This document shows positions 24,136-39,434 of a stretch of DNA of 64,000 bases, in pieces. The stretch's first letter is position 1. Each line of letters opens with the position of its first letter. The DNA is taken from assembly GCF_963921235.1 (NCBI RefSeq), contig NC_086097.1, positions 242,918,001 through 242,982,000 of the forward strand, in the 5' to 3' direction. The notes under the pieces were generated by a model, which saw nothing but the letters and a program-made list of their open reading frames with translations, made no database searches and was not told the origin of the DNA. Source of the stretch: Mobula hypostoma (lineage: Eukaryota). The position numbers were made by a program, and so were the translations under genes.

Positions 24136-25758
24136 TGATCCTTTGGCGAAACTAGACAAATTTCCAACTGCATTGCCACAGCTAGTACTTGGCAGCAGTG
24201 GGAAAGGTTGCCACAAGTGAACATGGCAACTATTAAACAGAAAAATATCAAGATGAAGCAACTAGGGACCACACTACTAATCTCCACTAGTGCACACTTT
24301 GGGAAACTGCACTTACAGTAACAAACAGTTAACCAACAAATTCCAAGAAAGATCACTAAGTGAAAAATAAGCATTTAAGCAAAGTATCAGCAGATACCAG
24401 CTGAATGTGAAATTGTGCGGCAGCAAGCAAGTAATTTAATGCAGCCCAGTGCAAGGCGTTGCACTTCAGTAGGACCAGCCAGGATAGGTCTTACACAGTG
24501 AACGGTGTGGCGTCACAGGTAGGTAGGCTCGTAAAGAAAGTTTTGGCACATTGATCTTCATAAATCACAGTATGTTGAAGTTGGTGAGGCCTAATTTGGA
24601 GTATTGTGTGTAGTTTTAGTCCCCTACATACAGGAAAGATGTAAATAAAATTGAAAGAGTACAGAGAAAACTTATAGATGTTGCTGGGTCTGGAGGACCA
24701 GAGTTACAATGAAAGATTGAATAGGTTAGGACTGCATTCCGTGGAAGGTAGAAGATTGAGAGGAGATTTGATAGAGGTATACAATACTATTAAGGGTATA
24801 GATGGGTAAATGCAAGCAGGCTTTTTCCATTGAGGCTGGGCGGGACTACACATGGAGGGCTTATTTCTGTGCTTTACTTCTCTATGACTCTAAGTGGGGA
24901 AAGTCTTCAGGAGGGAGAAGGGACATTAAACTAGCAAGGAAAACCATCACTTTGTGGCTAATTTCTGTCCATGCTTTCTAACAGACCTTATACTGTACCA
25001 CCACAAATTTCTCAAAGCAAACCAAATTGGGGAAAAAGTCATTTTAAAAAAGTGTCAACTTTTGTTCAGATTTATTCTATTAATTATAAAATTTCCAAAT
25101 CAAGTACAGACACAAATAACCAATGTTTTACTGTAAACTATACTTTAAATCTGATCAAAAGCTTTTGGAAAGATAAAGATTTTTTCCCTGTTGACATATC
25201 ATTTGTGTATGTTCATCAGTCAAAGCTGCCAAAGGACGCCATTATCTACTTCCCGCCCTAAAGCACAACTATAAAAATGCAAAACCAAATGTTTAGGCAG
25301 CTCTGCTGAGAAAGAGGACTCCAAACTTTGCAAAGGCAAAACACCTGAACAATAAATCATAACAGATCTGTCTCTGCAATATTTAAAGTATTTTGCACAT
25401 TCTACATTATCACCATATTTTACTGTTATACCTCAAGGAAAATTCAATATGCATCGATCCCCAGACGTTACAAGTATGATTAATTTTCGTGCCAGCAGAA
25501 GTGATGAACAATTCAATCATTGTGAATTTGTTCAAGACAAAAGAAGCTAGCAATTGTTTATCTATTATCTTGTGGGGGCATTAAGATGGGTATCACAATT
25601 CCTCAATCATATTTAACTCTGAACTTTGTTCGTCGATTGAAGTGACGAGTGACTGTGGAGGGCGAGTGTGGACTACGCGCCTTCTGATCGCTGGTGGGAG
25701 TGCTCTGCTACCGGAGAGGGAACCAGGAGGGTAGGCCTCTGTGTCTTTCTCTTTCAAT

Positions 25759-26004
25759 TTTTTTTTAAAGTGTGTCGTACCAGACATTCAGCCATTCTTG
25801 TCTGGCACGTGGTGTCAGGATTAACCGGGTCACATTATGAACGTTCCTGACTCGACCCTTGTATTTTTTATGAGGCCTAGGGGCTGGCTCAACAGTCAAA
25901 CCGGCACGGATGGAAAGCATGCTCGGGGGTGGCCCGACCTGGATTCGAACTCGGGAACCTTCGCTCCGGAGTCCGGCGCTGATCTCACTGCGCCATCAGC
26001 CGGC
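25759..26004 (-). mobile_element. tRNA-derived SINE with 10 bp TSD, nested in another retroposon (~25575-26420)
   Basis: B box gttcgaatcc. TSD ctctttcaat at 25749-25758 and 26005-26014. Confidence 0.8.
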
Positions 26005-26648
26005 CTCTTTCAATGATGTTGGAGGATGTTACCGAGGTTTTTGTGTTTATGGATTTGGACTACTTTCAGTCTTATGGTTTTTATATTCTGGGTTTTCACC
26101 CATTCTTTCTCACTTTTCTTTTGTGCGGGGCAGAGGAATTTTGTGGGGAGGGTTGATGTTCTTGAAGCGTTCTGTGTGGGGAGAGAGGGATCTGGTGATT
26201 GATGCTCTTGTTGCATTATGTTAGTTTTTTGTACGGGGGTGAAGTGTTTGGGGGTTGATGAACGTATTGTTCTTTTTTATGTGGGGGGGGATGGGTGGGT
26301 TTGCTGTTTCTCTCTGAACAAACTTTCATGGTTTTTCTTTGCTTCGTGGCTATCTGAAGAAGAAGAAACTCAAGGTTGCATACTGCATACATACTTTGAA
26401 AATAAATGAACCTTTGAACCACGAATAAACATGCTTTAAAACACTATGCATCAAAGTTCAAACATCAAAAGGCCTAGATAGAGTGGATGTGGACAGGATA
26501 TTTCCTATACAATAGAATAGAACTTTATTGCCATTGCTCAAGACAATGAGATTGCAGTTCTACTCCAGTCCGTGAAAAACAGATATTTACAAAGCATACA
26601 GTATGGCCTAATTAAAAATGATTCCCATATTTACATGCAACAGGTATG

Positions 26649-26930
26649 GGTGGCATGGTAGCATAGTGGTTAGCACGATGCTTTACAGTACAGGTGACCC
26701 GGGTTCAATTCCCAACACTGCCTGTTAAGTACGTTCTCCCCGTGACTGTGTGGGTTTCCTCAGGATGCTCTGGTTTCCTTCCACAGTCCAAAGACCTACT
26801 CGTTGGTAGGTTAATTAGTCATTGTAAACTGTCCCTTGATTGGGTTAGGATTAAGTGGGGGGATTGTGGGCAGCCTGGCTCGTGGGGCTAGAAGGGCTCC
26901 ATCTGTGCTGTATCTCAGTAAATAAATAAT
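26649..26930 (+). mobile_element. tRNA-derived V-SINE (HE1-like); related copies at ~980-1180, 1815-2020, 13420-13650, 32940-33215 and 36610-36870 (minus)
   Basis: A box tagcatagtgg, B box ggttcaattcc, V-domain gttctccccgtgactgtgtgggtttcctc, (aaat)n tail. Confidence 0.8.
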
Positions 26931-27617
26931 ACTGACTTTGATAGTATCTCAAATAGCAGATTTTCTAAGTGTTCAAAACCGGCAAGCTATACGCACTTAG
27001 TATGCATCCTAGGTGGAGGGGCTCCTGTTGGCTCTAATGTTTAATTGAGAGGAAGTTAGGTTGGACTGGAGAGCTGTAAGCCACTGTGTCTGTATACGTC
27101 GCCATCTTGCACATGCAGGGGGTGAGTCCAAGACAGCCTCAGAATAGAGGGATGTTCATTTAGAACAGAGGAAGAATTTCTTTAGCCAGAGAGTGGTGAA
27201 TCTGTGGAATTCATTGGCACTGACAGCTTGTGGAGAACAAGTCACTGGGTATATTTAAAGCAGAGGTTGATAGGTTCTTGATTAGTCAGGGCGTCAATAG
27301 TTATGAGTAGAAGGCAGGAGAATGGGGCTGAGAGGGATAATAAATCAACCATGATGGGCCACATGGTCTAATTATGTTCCTAAGTATTTTGGTCTTATAA
27401 AGTGACTTCCACTGGCACTGACTTACTCAAGTGACCCCTTTTGACATATTAGGGCCAATCTGATTAATATGTTTTATAAATCTTCAGAGACTCTGTGATT
27501 GCCTTATTGATCTGACATTATATTTGTTAATTACGTGACGCATCATAAATACAACTTGACTACCACATTCTAAATAGACAGGTAGATCCTAAGCCAGGAT
27601 ATTTACTATAAAGTATA

Positions 27618-28154
27618 CCTTCAGTGGCCACTTTATTGGTACACCTCTCGTTAATGCAAATAAGTAATCAGCCAATCATGTGGCAGCAGCTCAATGCATA
27701 AAAGCATGCAGATATGGTCAAGAGGTTCGGTTGATGTTCAGACCAAACATCAGAATGGGGAAGAAATGTGATCTAAGTGACTTTGACTGTGAAATGCTTG
27801 TTGGTGCCAGATGGGGTGGTTTGAGTATCTGAGAACATGCTGATCTCCTGGGATTTTCACACAGAGCAGTCTCTGGAGTTTACAGACAATGGTGCAATAA
27901 AACCCAAAAACTATCCAGTGAGCAGCAGTTCTGTGGGCAAAAATGCTTTGTTAATGAGAGAGGTCAGAGGAGAATGGCCAGGCTGGTTCAAGCTGATGGG
28001 AAGACGACAGTAACTCAAATAACCATATGTTACAACAGTAGTGTACGGAAGAGCATCTTTGAATGTCCAACATGTTGAACCTTGAGGTGGATGGGCTGCA
28101 GAAGCAGATCAGACTGGGTTCCACTCCTGTACCTAATAAGGTGGCCACTGTGTG
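27618..28154 (+). mobile_element. Non-autonomous Tc1/mariner element
   Basis: TA-flanked TIRs CAGTGGCCACTTTATTGGTACA / TGTACCTAATAAGGTGGCCACTG. Confidence 0.8.
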
Positions 28155-28706
28155 TATTATTTGAAATACAACCTTTTAAATTGAACTGAAACCTTCAGAA
28201 AACGTCCCAATCCATTTCACATCAATGTATTTGGGCAGTAACAGACCAAGCTGGAAAGCCAATAGAAAAGCAGACTGTGGTGAGAGACAGAGGCTTTAAG
28301 GAAGGCCAAGGAATGAGAGAGGGGGCAAGGACACAAAATGGAAATCTGCAATGGAGCCAGGTATAGTAGCTTGTAGATCTGATGGAAGGCCAGAAGGAAG
28401 AGAGGGGTAAAGAGGCTTGAGATGGACGAATGCATTGTCACAGGATGGTGAAGAAGTGTTGTATAAATGAAGTTACCAGTAAGAGCTGGAGACAGAAAAG
28501 GGAAATGAGAATCAGATTTAATATCACCAGTGTATGTCCTGAAATTTGCTGGGACATCTATGGAAAGGAAGAAACAATCAATGCTTCAAGCCGAGACCCT
28601 TCTTCAGGACCTTTTGTCAAGAGTCCCGATGAAAGGTTTCGGCATGAAATGTCAGTTCTTCTTTCCTTTCGGTAGATGCTGCCTGAACCGATGAGATCAT
28701 CTAGCA

Positions 28707-30991
28707 CAGGGGTAGGCAACCTACGGCCCGTGAGCAAATATTGGGATACTATGCTTATCCGGCCCGCGAGCGATTTTTCCTTATTCTGAGTGTTTCACGC
28801 GACCACACTGATGGTCATGCATGGCGTCTTGTTACACTGGCCCCAGGTTCTGTTTTACTCCAAACCAAATATACCATATAGTCATATAGTCATTGTCATA
28901 GTCATAGTCATACTTTATTGATCCCGGGGGAAATTAGTTTTCATCACAGTTGCACCATAAATAATAAATAGCAATAAAACTATAAATAATTAAATAGTAA
29001 TATGTAAATTATGCCAGGAAATAAGTCTAGGACCAGCCTATTGACTCAGGGTGTCTGACCCTCCAAGGGAGGAGTTGTAAAGTTTGATGGCCACAGGCAA
29101 GAATGACTTCCTATGACGCTCTGTGTTGTATCTCGGTGGAATGAGTCTCTGTCTGAATGTACTCCTGTGCCCACCCAGTACATTATGTAGTGGATGGGAG
29201 ACATTGTCCAAGATGGCATGCAACTTGGACAGCATCCTCTTTTCAGACACCACCGTGAGAGAGTCCAGTTCCATCCCCACAACATCACTGGCCTTACGAA
29301 TGAGTTTGTTGATTCTGTTGGTGTCTGCTACCCTCAGCCTGCTGCCCCAGTACACAACAGCAAACATGATCGCACTGGCCACCACAGACGCGTAGAACAT
29401 CCTCAGCATCGTCCAACAGATGTTAAAGGACCTCAGTCTCCTCAGGAAATAGAGACGGCTCTGACCCTTCTTGTAGACAGCCTCAGTGTTCTTTGACCAG
29501 TCCAGTTTATTGTCAATTCGTATCCCCAGGTATTTGTAATTCTCCATCATATATAACCATATAACAATTACAGCACGGAAACAGGCCAACTTGGCCCTTC
29601 TAGTCCGTGCCGAACGCTTACTCTCACCTAGTCCAACCAACCTGCACTCAGCCCATAACCCTCCATTCCTTTTCTGTCCATATAGCTATCCCATTTTACT
29701 TTAAGTGACAGCATCTGCAGATTTTCGCTTGTTTGAGGTTTGAGCAGATGATAGTTTTGATTGCTGAGCTGTAGTCAATGAAAAACATCCTGATGTGTGC
29801 AACTTCGCTGTCCAGGTGTACTAGGGTTGAGCAAAGAGGCAATAAAATGGCATCTGCTGTTGACCTGTTGTGACAGTAAGGAAACTGAAGCGAATACAAG
29901 TTGCAACTCAGACAGGAGTTGATGTTGCATCTCCAACCTTTCATCACAATGGATGTAAGTGCTACTGGATGACAGTAATTGAAGCAGGTTACCACGTTCT
30001 TCTTATGCACCGGTACAAATGACGGGAAGGCAGACTACCTTATTAATATGTATTAAATACTCTCCATACACGCGCAGGTTTTCAGATGAGATCGTTCAAA
30101 TTTGTAAACAGAAACAGCATCACTGTGTTTTAACAAGAAATCCACGCTAAATATCCAGATATTTACATGTGCTACGATACGTGTTGAATAACTTGTGTTT
30201 TGAAATAAAATCAAAGAAAAAAATTCCAATGGCAATGAATGCAAAACGCAGGAAGGTAGACGCTGAGCGCCGAAAAAGCAGTGAAGATGAAGGAAATAAC
30301 CATGCCAGCTACAAAGTCTCAAAACGTATTGCAGAAAAGACAAAGCCTTTTACAAATGGAGAGTTTGTCATAGAATGCTTACTGGCAGTGGTGGATATTG
30401 TTTGTCTTGAAAAGAAATCTTTATTTGCATCTATCAGCCTGTCAGCAAGAACGATCACACGGCGAGTTGAAGAAATGTCAGCAGATGTTAAAAGTTGTTT
30501 AAGGGATGCCTGCAACAAATTGCATTTTTTTTCCAATTGCACCTGATGAGAGTACAGACTTGAGAGAGACTGCTCAACTTGCAGTGTTTGTGCGAGGAGT
30601 GACCTCAACTTTTCAAATTTTTGAAGAGTTTATTCAATTAATTCCTATGAAGGACACAGTTACTGGGGCAGACATTTTTGAAGCTTTGCTGAAAATGATG
30701 TCAGAAATGAAACTTAATGTGTCGAAGCTAATTGGTATCACAACTGATGGGGCATCAGCAATGGTGGGACAGAAAAACTAAAATGAATTCTTTGATTACT
30801 AATTGGCATCCTTGGTTAAGCACAAATGATTTTCTAGCATGTGTTATTCATTAATTTGAGGCAAAACATAACTGGATGTATTTAAATGGATAATTCCCAT
30901 ATTTCAAGTTTTTTATGGCATTAATCTGGCCCACCGTCCGCTCAATAATACGCCATCCGGCCCACAGAGGCAAAAAGGTTGCCGACCCCTG
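28707..30991 (+). mobile_element. hAT DNA transposon (Charlie/SPIN-like) with a broken transposase and nested LINEs
   Basis: TIRs CAGGGGTAGGCAACCT / AGGTTGCCGACCCCTG and perfect 8 bp TSD ATCTAGCA. Transposase motifs KPFTNGEFV, LSARTITRR, DESTD, TTDGASAMVG at 30230-30781. Confidence 0.9.
28880..29550 (-). mobile_element. Young Rex1/Babar LINE 3' end nested in the hAT element
   Basis: YKYLGIRIDNKLDW...RLYFLRRLRSF...SFLPVAIKLYN; (gactat)n tail. Confidence 0.9.
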
Positions 30992-31639
30992 ATCTAGCAT
31001 TTTGTGTGTGTTATAATGGAAGTGATGATTTTTTTCTACTGGCATTTCAAATATGGATCTAAGTACAAAGTAGATAAATGTCACCATATACAACCCTGGA
31101 TTCACTTTCTTGCGGGCAGACACAGTAAATCCACGAAACACAATTCAATGAATAAGTGCACCCAACAAGACGGACAAACAACCAATCTGCAAAGAAGAAC
31201 GAACTATGCAAATATGAAAGGGATTAAATAAATAAATAAGTAAATAAATCACCAAGAAATATCGAGAAGATGAGAGGAAGAGTCTTTGAAAGTGAGTCCA
31301 CAGGTGCATGGGAACAGTTCAGTGATGTTGAGTGAAGTTATCTGATCTGGTTCAAGAGCCTGATGGTTGGGTGGTAATAACTGTTTCTGAACCTGGTGGT
31401 GTGGAACCTGAAGCTCCTGTACCTTTTTCCTGATGGCGGCAGCGAGAAGAGTGCATGTCCTGACAATGAGTGCTGCTTTCCTGCAAGAGCGCTCAATGTA
31501 GCTGTGCTGTAGGTGGGGAGGGCTTTACACATGATGGACTGGACTAATTTTTGTAGGATAAATACATAGAATATGAAAATAACTAAAAATGTATTTGTAT
31601 AAAAATGACTAAAAGATTCTATAAGCTAGTATCTTTCCT

Positions 31640-32663
<1,024 letters not shown>

Positions 32664-33699
32664 TTATCAGTACAGTAGCAGAAATCATTCTGGCTTTTCC
32701 TACTGATCTGTAGCTCAAATAGTCAGAGGCATATTTAAAACCATATTGCTTTTACCCAAATTAAACAGAGTTTTAAGTTTGCTTAGACAACAGACTTCAA
32801 ACCACAGGCATTTGTTGGAATCACATTTATGATTATGTTCATTATCTTTACAATTCTAGAGAAGTTCACTTCACATTAAATTGAGAAGTTTTTTAAAAAA
32901 TTGTCACATGTACCGAGGTGAGGTGGAAAACCTGCCTTGTGGTAGTGTAATAGTTAGCACAACGCTTTATAGTACAGGCGACCTGGGTTCAATTCCCGCC
33001 ACTGCCTGTTAAGTTTGTACATTCTCCCCGAGACCATATGGGTCTCCTTTGGATGCTCTGGTTTCCTCCAACAGTCAAAAGACCTACCAGTTAGTAAGTT
33101 AATTGAAAATTGTAAATTATCCCGTAACTAGGCTAGGATTAAATCAGGGGATTGCTGGGTAGCAAAGCTCAAAGGGCCAGTGGGCCTATTCTGTAATATA
33201 TCTAAATAAATAAAGAAATTCATACAGATCAATTTATTGCAACGGTACATTGGGGTAGTACAAGGTTAAACAATAACAGAATGCAGAATGAAGTGTTATA
33301 GTTATGGAGAAAGCTCAGTGCAAGTAGACAATATGGTACAAGGTCATAATGAGGTAGACTGAGAAGGTCAGCAGAAAATGTATTTATCTTTGTGCAGATT
33401 ACTTATTTGACACATAAATCCAGACTGAGAACATAACCCAAGCAAAGTCACGCAAAGTTGTGTGTACTGTACAATGCACCTGTACTTGACCCCACCATCC
33501 TCCAGTGAGTAAGCTTCCAATGCAAAATCAAATCTCAGACACTGAGTGGTCAGAAGGACTTCAGCATATTTCAGCATGCCTAAACAGCAGGGATTTGAAA
33601 AGGATATGCCCCCAAGCATTGAAAAAAATACGTCTTTGGAACAGACCCTGCTGCGGTTTTGAAACTCAATGACATAAAGTTATATTCACAAATTCACCA

Positions 33700-34545
33700 T
33701 GGGGTTCATGACCAAAGATCCCTCAAAGTTGCCATGCAAGTTACTAGGCTGTTTAAGGTGGTGTACTGTGTGTGGGCCTTCAGTAGTCAGGGGATTGAGT
33801 TCAAGAGCCGCGAAGTAATGTTGCAGCCCTATAAAACTCTGGCGAGACCACACTTGGAATATTGTGTTCAGTTCTGGTCATCCCATTATAAGGATGTGGA
33901 AGCTTTAGAGAGGGTGCAGGGGAGACCTACCACAATGCTGCCTGGATTGGAGAGCATTTCTTAAGAGGATAGGCTGACCCAGCTAGGGCTTTCTTCTTTG
34001 GAGTGTAGGACGATGAGCGGTGACCTGATTGAGGTGTACATGATGAGAGGCATAGTTCGGGTGGACAGCTAGGGACTTTTTCTCAGGGTTGGAAGAGTGA
34101 ATACAAGGGGGCATAACTTTAAGCTGACTGGAGGAAAGTGTAGGGGAGATGGCAGAGGTAAGTTTTACACAGAGTGGTGAGTGCATAAGACGCCCTGCCT
34201 AGGGTGGTGGTAGTGGCAGATTCATTGGGGGTATTTAAGGAACTCACAGATAGGCACAGGTATGACAGAAAAATGGGGGGCTACATAAGAGGAAAGAGCT
34301 CCTTGCACCCATTCCATCCGTGCTGGGCTGAGCATCCAGCGAGCAACTTGGCCTCATAAAAAAACAGACAAAAATGCTAAAGGAATGGCACAGGTTGCTG
34401 CTCGATGCACCACAAAGTGCAGAAAGGAACAACAACAACAACATGTCGGAGGAAAGCATTAGATTGATCTTAGGGTAGGCTAAAAGGTTGGCACAACATT
34501 GTGGGCTGAATAGCCTGTACTGTGCTGTAATGTTCTGTGTTCTAT
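33700..34545 (+). mobile_element. CR1 3' fragment with a nested SINE part
   Basis: RPHLEYCVQFWS motif. Confidence 0.75.
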
Positions 34546-35700
34546 AGAAACATAGAAAATAGGTGCAGGAGTAGGCCATTCAGCCCTTCGAGCCTGCACC
34601 ACCATTCAGTATGATCATGGCTGATCATCCAACTCAGAACCCTGTACCTGCCTTCTCTCCATACCCCCTGATCCCTTTAGCCAAAAGGGTCATATCTAAC
34701 TCTCTCTTAAATATAGCCAATGAACTGGCCTCAACTGTTTCCTGTGGCAGAGAATTCCACAGATTCACCACTCTCTGAGTGAAGAAGTTTTTCCTCATTT
34801 CGGTCCTAAAAGGCGTCCCCTTTATCCTCAAACTGTGACCCCTCATTCTGGACTTCCCCAACATCAGGAACAATCTTCCTACATCTAGCCTGTCCAATCC
34901 CTTTAGAATTTTATACGTTTCAATAAGATCCCCCCTCAATCTTCTAAATTCCAGAGAGTATAAGCCTAGTCGATCCAGTCTTTCATCATATGAAAGTCCT
35001 GCCATCCCAGGAATCAATCTGGTGAACCTTCTTTGTACTCCCTCTATGGCAAGGATGTCTTTCCTCAGATTAGGGGACCAAAACTGCACACAATACTCCA
35101 GGTGTGGTCTCACCAAGGCCTTGTACAACTGCAGCAGTACCTCCCTGTTCCTTTACTCGAATCCTCTTGCCATGAATACCAGCATACCATTCGCCTTTTT
35201 CACCGCCTGCTGTACCTGCATGCCCACTTTCAATGACTGGTGTACAATGACACCCAGGTCTCATTGCACCTCCCCTTTTCCTAATCTGCCACGATTCAGA
35301 TAATAATCTGTTTTCCTGTTCTTGCCACCAAAGTGGATAACTTCACATTTATCCACATTAAATTGCATCTGCCATGAGTTTGCTCACTCACCCAACCTAT
35401 CCAAGTCACCCTGCATCCTCTTAGCATCCTCCTCACAACTAACACTGCTGCCCAGCTTCGTGTCATCCGCAAACTTGGAGATGCTGCATTTAATTCCCTT
35501 GTCTAAGTCATTTATATATATATATTGTAAACAACTGGCGTCCCAGCACCGTGCCTTGCGGTACCCTACTAGTCACTGCCTGCCATTCTGAAAAGGTCCC
35601 GTTTATTCCCACTCTTTGCTTCCTGTCTGCCAACCAATTCTCTATCCACGTCAATACCTTACCCCCAATACCGTGTGCTTTAAGTTTGCACACTAATCTC
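34545..35700 (-). mobile_element. CR1 RT and 3' fragment
   Basis: VPQGTVLG, RPHLEYCVQFWSP, RGDLIETYKILKG. Confidence 0.9.
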
Positions 35701-36999
35701 CTTGCACTATAAGCAGCAGGTCTATTAAAGTCGATTACAGTCCATGAAAACCACTATCCAAATCTGTCCCAAATGCTCACAGCAGTATTTTCTGTTTGCT
35801 TGATCTGATAAGCAAACTGACTCTGCACTAAATGCAGTTTGATGTTGTATATTAATTTAATTTATTAGTACTCCTGGATTTGTAACATTGCTGACTTCAT
35901 TCATTTTGAATGCAATGATTTTTTTTGTTGCTTATAATTCGTTTTATTTATAGAAAGATCAATAAACTCAAATTGCAAAGCCGTGCAAAATACAAACAGT
36001 GCACTTAAAAGTCGTTGTAAATCATCATAAAATTTATCAATAACCTGTTAAAGAACGACTGAAGCACAGCCTTGTATATAGCAACCAAGATTCATTAGTC
36101 AAAGAGAAATAAGAAAGTAAGATGAATGAATGGTAAATTCACCGAGTACTTTGGGCCTTTAACATTTAAGGCCTGTTGACTTTCCAGTTTAACCAAGGTG
36201 AGCTTGATGGTTTGCAATAACCTGTCAACTGGATGTGGCTTGACTTGCCTAAGTGAGGTGATAATTAGAATCACATTTACCATAATTGTATGGTGAAGAC
36301 AGATATTTCAATTTAATAATTCAAAAGGTATTTAAATTTAATATCAGCAGCATTTTCTGGAGCTTAGCAAACATTGTGCTCAAGCTGCAGTATTCAAAAT
36401 TAGAGAGTCAATTTCTTCTGACGTCTGTTCTGAAATGTAGACACTTGGTTGAATGTGCTAGGGCTTTTCTCCTTGGAGCGAAGGAGAAAGAGAGCTAACT
36501 TGATTGAGGTGTACATAAATATGATAGAGTGGTCAGCCAGAGACCTATTCCCCGGGGCGGAAATGGCTAACACAAGGAGGCCATAACTTTAAAGTGACTG
36601 GAGAAAAGCACAGGTTTTTTACATTTTATTTAGAAATACAGCTCCCTTCCAACTCTCTGAGCTGTGCTACCCAGCAATCTTCCAATTTAATCTACCTAAT
36701 TACAGGACAATTAATAACTGGTACGCCTTTGGGAGGAAACCCGAGCACCTGGAGGAAACTCACGTGGTCACGTGGGGAACGTACAAGCTCCTTACAGGCA
36801 GTGGTGGGAATTGAACCCAGGTGGCCGGTACCGTAAAGCACAGTGCTAACCACTCCGCTAGGGTGCTGCCCTTTTCACCACGTGGAGAGTGGTAGGCGGC
36901 AGGAACACGATGTCAAGATGGCGGGGTGGTGATAGAGGCAGATACGTTAGGGGTCATCATCATCATTATCATGTGCCGTGCCCCGTTTGAGCTTTGACT

Positions 37000-37783
37000 G
37001 GTGTGAGCAGAATTATCTGCAGCTTAATGTAAAAAAAGACTAAGGAGCTGGTGGTAGACCTGAGGAGAGCTAAGGTACCGGCGACCCCTGTTTCCATCCA
37101 GGGGATCAGTGTGGACATGGTGGAGGATTACAAATAGCTGGGGATACGAATTGACAATAAACTGGGCTGGTCGAAGAACACTGAGGCTGTGTACAAGAAG
37201 GGTCAGAGCCGTCTCTATTTCCTGAGGAGACTGAGGTCCTTTAACATCTGCCGGATGATGCTGAGGATGTTCTACGAGTCCTGGTGGCCAGTGCTATCAT
37301 CTTTGCTGTTGTGTGCTGGGGCAGCAGGCTGAGGGTAGCAGACACCAACAGAATCAACAAACTCATTTGTAAGGCCAGTGATGTTGTGGGGATGGAACTG
37401 GACTCTCTCACGGTGGTGTCTGAAAAGCGGATGCTGTCTAAGTTGCATGCCATCTTGGTCAATGTCTCCCATCCACTACATAATGTACTGGTTGGGCACA
37501 GGAGTACATTCAACCAGAGACTCATTCCTCCGAGATGCAGCACAGAGCGTCATAGGAAGTCATTCCTGCCTGTGGCCATCAAACTTTACAACTCCTCCCT
37601 TGGAGGGTCAGACACCCTGAGCCGACAGGCTGGTCCTGGACATTTCATAATTTACTGGCATAATTTACATATTACTATTTAACTATTTATGGTTCTATTA
37701 CTATTTATTATTTATGGTGCAACTGTAACGAAAACCAATTTCCCCCGGGATCAATAAAGTATGACTATGACTATGACTATGAC
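37000..37783 (+). mobile_element. Young Rex1/Babar LINE 3' end, same family as 28880-29550
   Basis: Near-identical translation; (gactat)n tail. Confidence 0.9.
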
Positions 37784-38434
37784 TGCCATGGCCCACACAC
37801 TCCTGTTTTGGGTCAAGTGGATCAATTCATTGGTATTCATTTCCAGTTCTCTGGCTGCTGTCTCCATACATTAGGGATAGGCACACAGATGAAAGAAAAA
37901 TGCTGGGCTGTGAGGGAGGGTAGGGTTAGATTGATTTTGGGAGTAGATTAAAGGGTAATCTGAACATCGTAGGTCAAAGTGTGTTGCATTGTTCTGTTTC
38001 GAATGCTGAAAAGGGATCTGCAGGTACTTGACAAGAGGAAAACAGATAACACAACAATCCCCATTCATGCCATGGTTAGGAAAGATTTGCAGTTGAATTT
38101 CTGGAATCGAGAAAAGGCAAATCAAAGCTGCTGAAATATCAAAAATCCAATTTGTTTGCCAGGTCTTTCAGGAGGAAACTTTTGATCTGACTAAGACATG
38201 TCCTTCAAGGACTTGGCTGAATTATTACTTATTTTTGGTTGCTCCAGGTGTTGTCACAGAATTTAGAGCTAGTGACAAAGCCTCATCAATTTCTATCAAC
38301 TTGGAAGAATGTCCCAAGTCAGAATCAGATGTATTAGCACTGACATATGTTGTGATTATTTGTTTTGTGGCAGTGGTACAGTGCAAGATATAAAAAAGTT
38401 ACGACACAAAAAAAATTAAATAGCGCAGAAGGGA

Positions 38435-39100
38435 GGGAGCAACACAGACAAAATGGTGGAGGAAATCAGTAGGTCAGGCAGCATCTGTGGAAATGAATAA
38501 GCACTTGATGCTTTGGGCCAAGCCCCTCCTTCAAGACTGGAAAGGAAGGCGGAAGATGCCAGAATAAAAAGGTGGGAGTTATGGGAAGGATGATAGCTAG
38601 AAGGTGATAGGTGAAGCTAGATGGGTGGGAAAGGTCAAGGGCTGGAGATGAAGGAATCTGATAGGAGAGGAGAGTGGATCATACGAGAAAGGGAAGGAGG
38701 AGGGGAACTCAGGGAGTGAGAAGAGGTAGGAGGCGAGAATGGGGAATAGAAGAGGGGAAAGGGTGCTTTTTTTTACTAGAAGGAGAAATTGATGTTCATG
38801 CCATTGGATTGGAGGCTACCCAGATGGAATATAAAGATGTTGCTCCTTCATTTTGAGGGTGGCCTCATAGTGGGGCAAGAGGCGACCATGGACCTAGCTG
38901 TCGGAATGGGAACTGGAATTAAAATGTTTGGCCACCAGGAAGTTTGACTCTTGGAGCTGCTCGATGATGTGGTCCCCCAATTTACGATGGATGCAATGGA
39001 TGACCCCAGAATATTCACGGCTGAGGTGTTGCCTCACCTGGAAGGACTGCTTGGGGCCCTGGATGGAGGTGAGAGAGGAGGTGAACGGGTAGATGTAGCA
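38435..39100 (-). mobile_element. Penelope endonuclease 3' end plus terminal repeat
   Basis: Reverse-complement similarity to 21100-21450 and to the terminal repeat family. Confidence 0.75.
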
Positions 39101-39434
39101 AGGTAGTGTTTATGGACCATTTAGCAATCTGATGGCTGAGGGGAAGGAGTTGTTCTTAAAACACTGAGAGTGGGTTATCAGGCTCCTGTGTGTCCTCCCT
39201 GATGGCAGAAATGAAAAGTGGGTATGTCCTGGGTGATGATTGGCATTAACGATGGATGCCATCTTTTTGAAGATGTCCTCGATGGAGGTGCGAGTTTTGC
39301 CCGTGACGGAGCTGGTCAAGTCTACAATCCTCTGCAGCCTCGTGTAATCCTGTTTGTCATAGCTTCTATATCAGACGGTGATACAACCTGTCAATGCTCT
39401 CTACAGTACATCGGTAGAAATTTGCTCACATCTT

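Noticed and set aside
26649..26720. tRNA genes (also 12580-12650, 60540-60610, 63361-63430)
   Set aside because: They have A/B boxes but no complete cloverleaf and continue into SINE bodies.
30169..30781. Domesticated GTF2IRD2/ZBED-like host gene
   Set aside because: Frameshifted, truncated, and bounded by TIRs and a TSD, so a dead transposon.
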